The notes beneath the pieces are model-generated. The model did no database searches and was not told where the DNA came from. It saw nothing but the letters and a program-made list of their open reading frames with translations. From Lingula anatina (taxonomy: Eukaryota; Animalia; Brachiopoda): a stretch of 64,000 nt of DNA. The stretch covers positions 14,136,001-14,200,000 of the forward strand of contig CM120645.1 of the NCBI GenBank assembly GCA_051362555.1. The letters run 5' to 3'. How positions within the stretch are numbered: position 1 is the first letter of the stretch; the number at the start of each line of letters is the position of its first letter. The position numbers and the translations under genes were made by a program. Positions 61,543 through 64,000 of the stretch are shown here, one piece after another.

Positions 61543-62288
61543 TGTAACGGGGCCGGTGCGGTTGTTTGGCGTGTGCGCGAGGTTCGTAAGAATGACACAA
61601 CAGTCTAAGATAGGTTTCCCTATTAATACAGTTTATTACTTTAACCCGTTACATATACAGGGACATCTAGCTCAGGTAGGCACAGCGCTACGGTAAGACA
61701 GTGACCCAATCGTTCCCTCGATCTAGGCTCTGATTGACCCGGCCGTCCTCAGTCCTCAGTCTCCCTCTCGTGCTCTCGTCGTTGCTGGTCACTCTGACGT
61801 CCCTGGGATCGGTCTAGCGTTAGTTCTCCGGTGTAGAAATCGGGACGCCCTTTATACTGAATTTTGAGGGTGAGGTCACTGTTTACCGTGCCTGATGGTG
61901 ACAGGATAATTCTCTTTATATAAACAGTTACTAGTTATACTGGCTACTTGGCCTTAAACTTCTATTCTATATTACGCTCGTTGATAAAACAATACTTTCA
62001 CCCGTAATTGATGATTAATAAACATAATACTGGGCGCTTACTATAATACGTGTGCGGCCCTTCGAATGTATAATCTCATAAGGCTCGATGGTCACAATTG
62101 CATCTTCAGTTAAGGTAGCACCGTCCAACACCGACTTTCAAGATAGCTTAAGATTTCTCTGTACCTTTGAGAGATTAAAGGATAATCACTTGGAATTGCT
62201 CTTGCAGAAAATCCGAGATAAAAATAGAGATGACAGCGGTGTGACTAATATATTCACAGGAAGCCAGGTGTGGCATTGGTCTATTACA
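61543..62288 (-). repeat. Candidate 3' LTR (746 bp)
   Basis: TG...CA with a 5-bp terminal IR; TATA and poly(A) signal in the expected order. The inner boundary is uncertain because no polypurine tract is evident. Confidence 0.55.
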
Positions 62289-62600
62289 CAGAAGTTTTAA
62301 TTACTAAATGTTATGTAAAAGCTCATCTTGCTACCGCATAATGATATCTTATAACGAAAATTATTATGAGAGTAGTATACAAATAAGTTGACTGCTAAAA
62401 TAATTGATATATTTTGAGTAATTATCAAGAAATGAATATTAAGATGAGTAAATATGTCTATCTCTAAAGATAAAATATTAAAACATTAATCATAACAAAG
62501 GAGTGAGCTTCATTCAAGAATTCTGTCCTGAAATTCTCATCAATGCATGAACAGTGTCGCAAGAGGTCGGCTTTTTTTTTTTTTTTTCGGAGGAACTATA

Positions 62601-63998
62601 TTAAACAAAAACTTCAACAGGCATGATATCCAGCTTGTATAGCCAACTGCACTGCTGAATAATTAAATGTGCAAAGAATGGCTGAGCAAACATCTTTTTC
62701 AACTTATAAGTTTGGCAGTATTTTAAGGGAATCGGATTGAAAAGAGTAATCGATTGATCAATTTCGTCATTAGAAAGACAGATACCGTTCCAATCTATGT
62801 GCAACATGGGATAAATACAACCATGGATCTCAAAATTATCGAATAATGTGGGTGTGTGTGCTTTCCAGTCCGTTACACTACCCTGAAGGTGCATAACAGG
62901 CAAAACAACAGCATCATCTAACGTTGAAATCTGTAAGGCCAGGACAGGTCTATGTCCGTAGGATTTGCGAAAAATGAGAATGGCAATTATAACGAAAAGC
63001 AGCAAAATAACAACTGATTCGGTGATGTAGGGTAATACAAAAATTGGGGAATCAATTTCAAAAGTAGTCGGAAGTGCGGTGGCTTCAAAGGTTAGATTAA
63101 AACCACGAACAGAGACAATGTTTTGAAGCGAGGTTATGATAACAGACAGTTTAGCAAATTTATAAGATAAAAAGGCGGTAAAGAGAATGTTAAAAGCCGA
63201 TAGACCAACAGCGATATAAGGGATAAGGGGTGTAAGGTCGTCAGATTGCTGACTGTCGGGAAGTGTGTCTGCTATTGAATGGTAAATTGGTTGCTTCCGT
63301 TTTACCGCAGACATGATGCGTTTGAAATTTAAATGGTCAGTCCGTTCGGAGGCGATGATAGAATCAATTTTATTGTGAAGAATCTTGATTTTCGGAATGG
63401 TTAAGGAAGGAGGCTTAGATAACAAGGTATCTCCCATGAGATCGTTAATGCGCTCTTCCGCAAACAAGTGTTGTAGAGCAATGAGGTTAAAGGGGTATTT
63501 GACGGTTTCATCAAAAGAAAAATTATGACAATTATATAAACGTTCCGGAAAATAGGCTATCTTAGTATTAATTGTGCAGTGATAGGGTAGGTGCACGACA
63601 CAATGATGACAATTGGAGATATGGGACGTCTTGGTATGGGAGCAATGTAGCATTATGACGTCCACGTTGGTGAATAATATGGTGTCTTTGGTAATGAAGT
63701 GTGCGGAAGAGGAAACGGCATTCTGTTGAAATGTAAAATTGCAATTTTCTAATATTTTTGGGCGTAAGTTTAGGAAAAGACTGCTAACACAGCTCTCAAA
63801 ACTAACAGGAATCAAAATTGGATATTGTGGACAAGATTTGTGGAATGTGCCTCGACATAACGACCAGTCTTTATGCGTGAGGATGGAATAGTGAGTCTCA
63901 TCATCGGAAATGGCAAAAATGGATGGTAGTTTGATTAAAGTACCATGGAGAGACTTACGCTGGAGAGGGACCGGATACGTTGTGACTGAGTACGCGGT
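62601..63998 (-). CDS. env: Env-like membrane glycoprotein (F-type, baculovirus F/errantivirus-like cysteine pattern); 5'-partial, at least 465 aa
   Basis: The frame stays open upstream of the listed ORF to the window edge (TAYSVTTYPVP..FAISDDETHYSILTHKDWSLCRGTFHKSC..SCVSSLF..CNF). Cys-rich ectodomain, N-x-S/T sequons, heptad-like stretch and two TM segments. Confidence 0.75.
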   Translation of the reverse strand, partial: TAYSVTTYPVPLQRKSLHGTLIKLPSIFAISDDETHYSILTHKDWSLCRGTFHKSCPQYPILIPVSFESCVSSLFLNLRPKILENCNFTFQQNAVSSSAHFITKDTILFTNVDVIMLHCSHTKTSHISNCHHCVVHLPYHCTINTKIAYFPERLYNCHNFSFDETVKYPFNLIALQHLFAEERINDLMGDTLLSKPPSLTIPKIKILHNKIDSIIASERTDHLNFKRIMSAVKRKQPIYHSIADTLPDSQQSDDLTPLIPYIAVGLSAFNILFTAFLSYKFAKLSVIITSLQNIVSVRGFNLTFEATALPTTFEIDSPIFVLPYITESVVILLLFVIIAILIFRKSYGHRPVLALQISTLDDAVVLPVMHLQGSVTDWKAHTPTLFDNFEIHGCIYPMLHIDWNGICLSNDEIDQSITLFNPIPLKYCQTYKLKKMFAQPFFAHLIIQQCSWLYKLDIMPVEVFV

Positions 63999-64000
63999 GA

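Larger units (their letters stand above)
61543..64000 (-). mobile_element. 3' end of an env-bearing LTR retrotransposon (probably Ty3/Gypsy errantivirus-like); truncated by the right edge
   Basis: Intronless env-like ORF followed by a candidate LTR at 62288-61543 (TGTAA...TTACA), with minus-strand TATAAA (61851-61856) and AATAAA (61632-61637). gag/pol are outside the window, so the superfamily is inferred. Confidence 0.75.

Overview
AT-rich, intron-containing animal (invertebrate-type) genomic DNA; the species cannot be determined from the sequence. I reconstructed four host genes by hand from GT-AG junctions and reading-frame phase. (1) The 5' part of an FMN-dependent alpha-hydroxyacid oxidase (HAO-like, minus strand, runs off the left edge), which unusually has a signal-peptide exon and several N-glycosylation sequons. 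(2) A complete MET/HGF-receptor-type tyrosine kinase (minus, 19 coding exons, 1391 aa by my exon sum, one 17.6-kb intron). It lacks the vertebrate Sema-loop furin site but has RRKR in the IPT stalk. (3) MDM1 (plus), head-to-head with MET across a short NRF1/ETS-type promoter, with tandem mutually exclusive exons, a 25-nt microexon and an in-frame 1038-nt alternative donor. (4) The first two exons of a secreted VWD-domain protein (plus). The right-hand 14 kb is a transposon pile-up: a piggyBac-type element with a nested foldback element, a 5.3-kb CACTG-terminated EnSpm/CACTA element (carrying a 160-bp satellite, MITEs and a decayed spliced gene) in VWD intron 1, Harbinger MITEs, and the 3' end of an LTR element with an intact env-like ORF. 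No RNA genes or CRISPR arrays were seen. All models are manual and lack transcript support.
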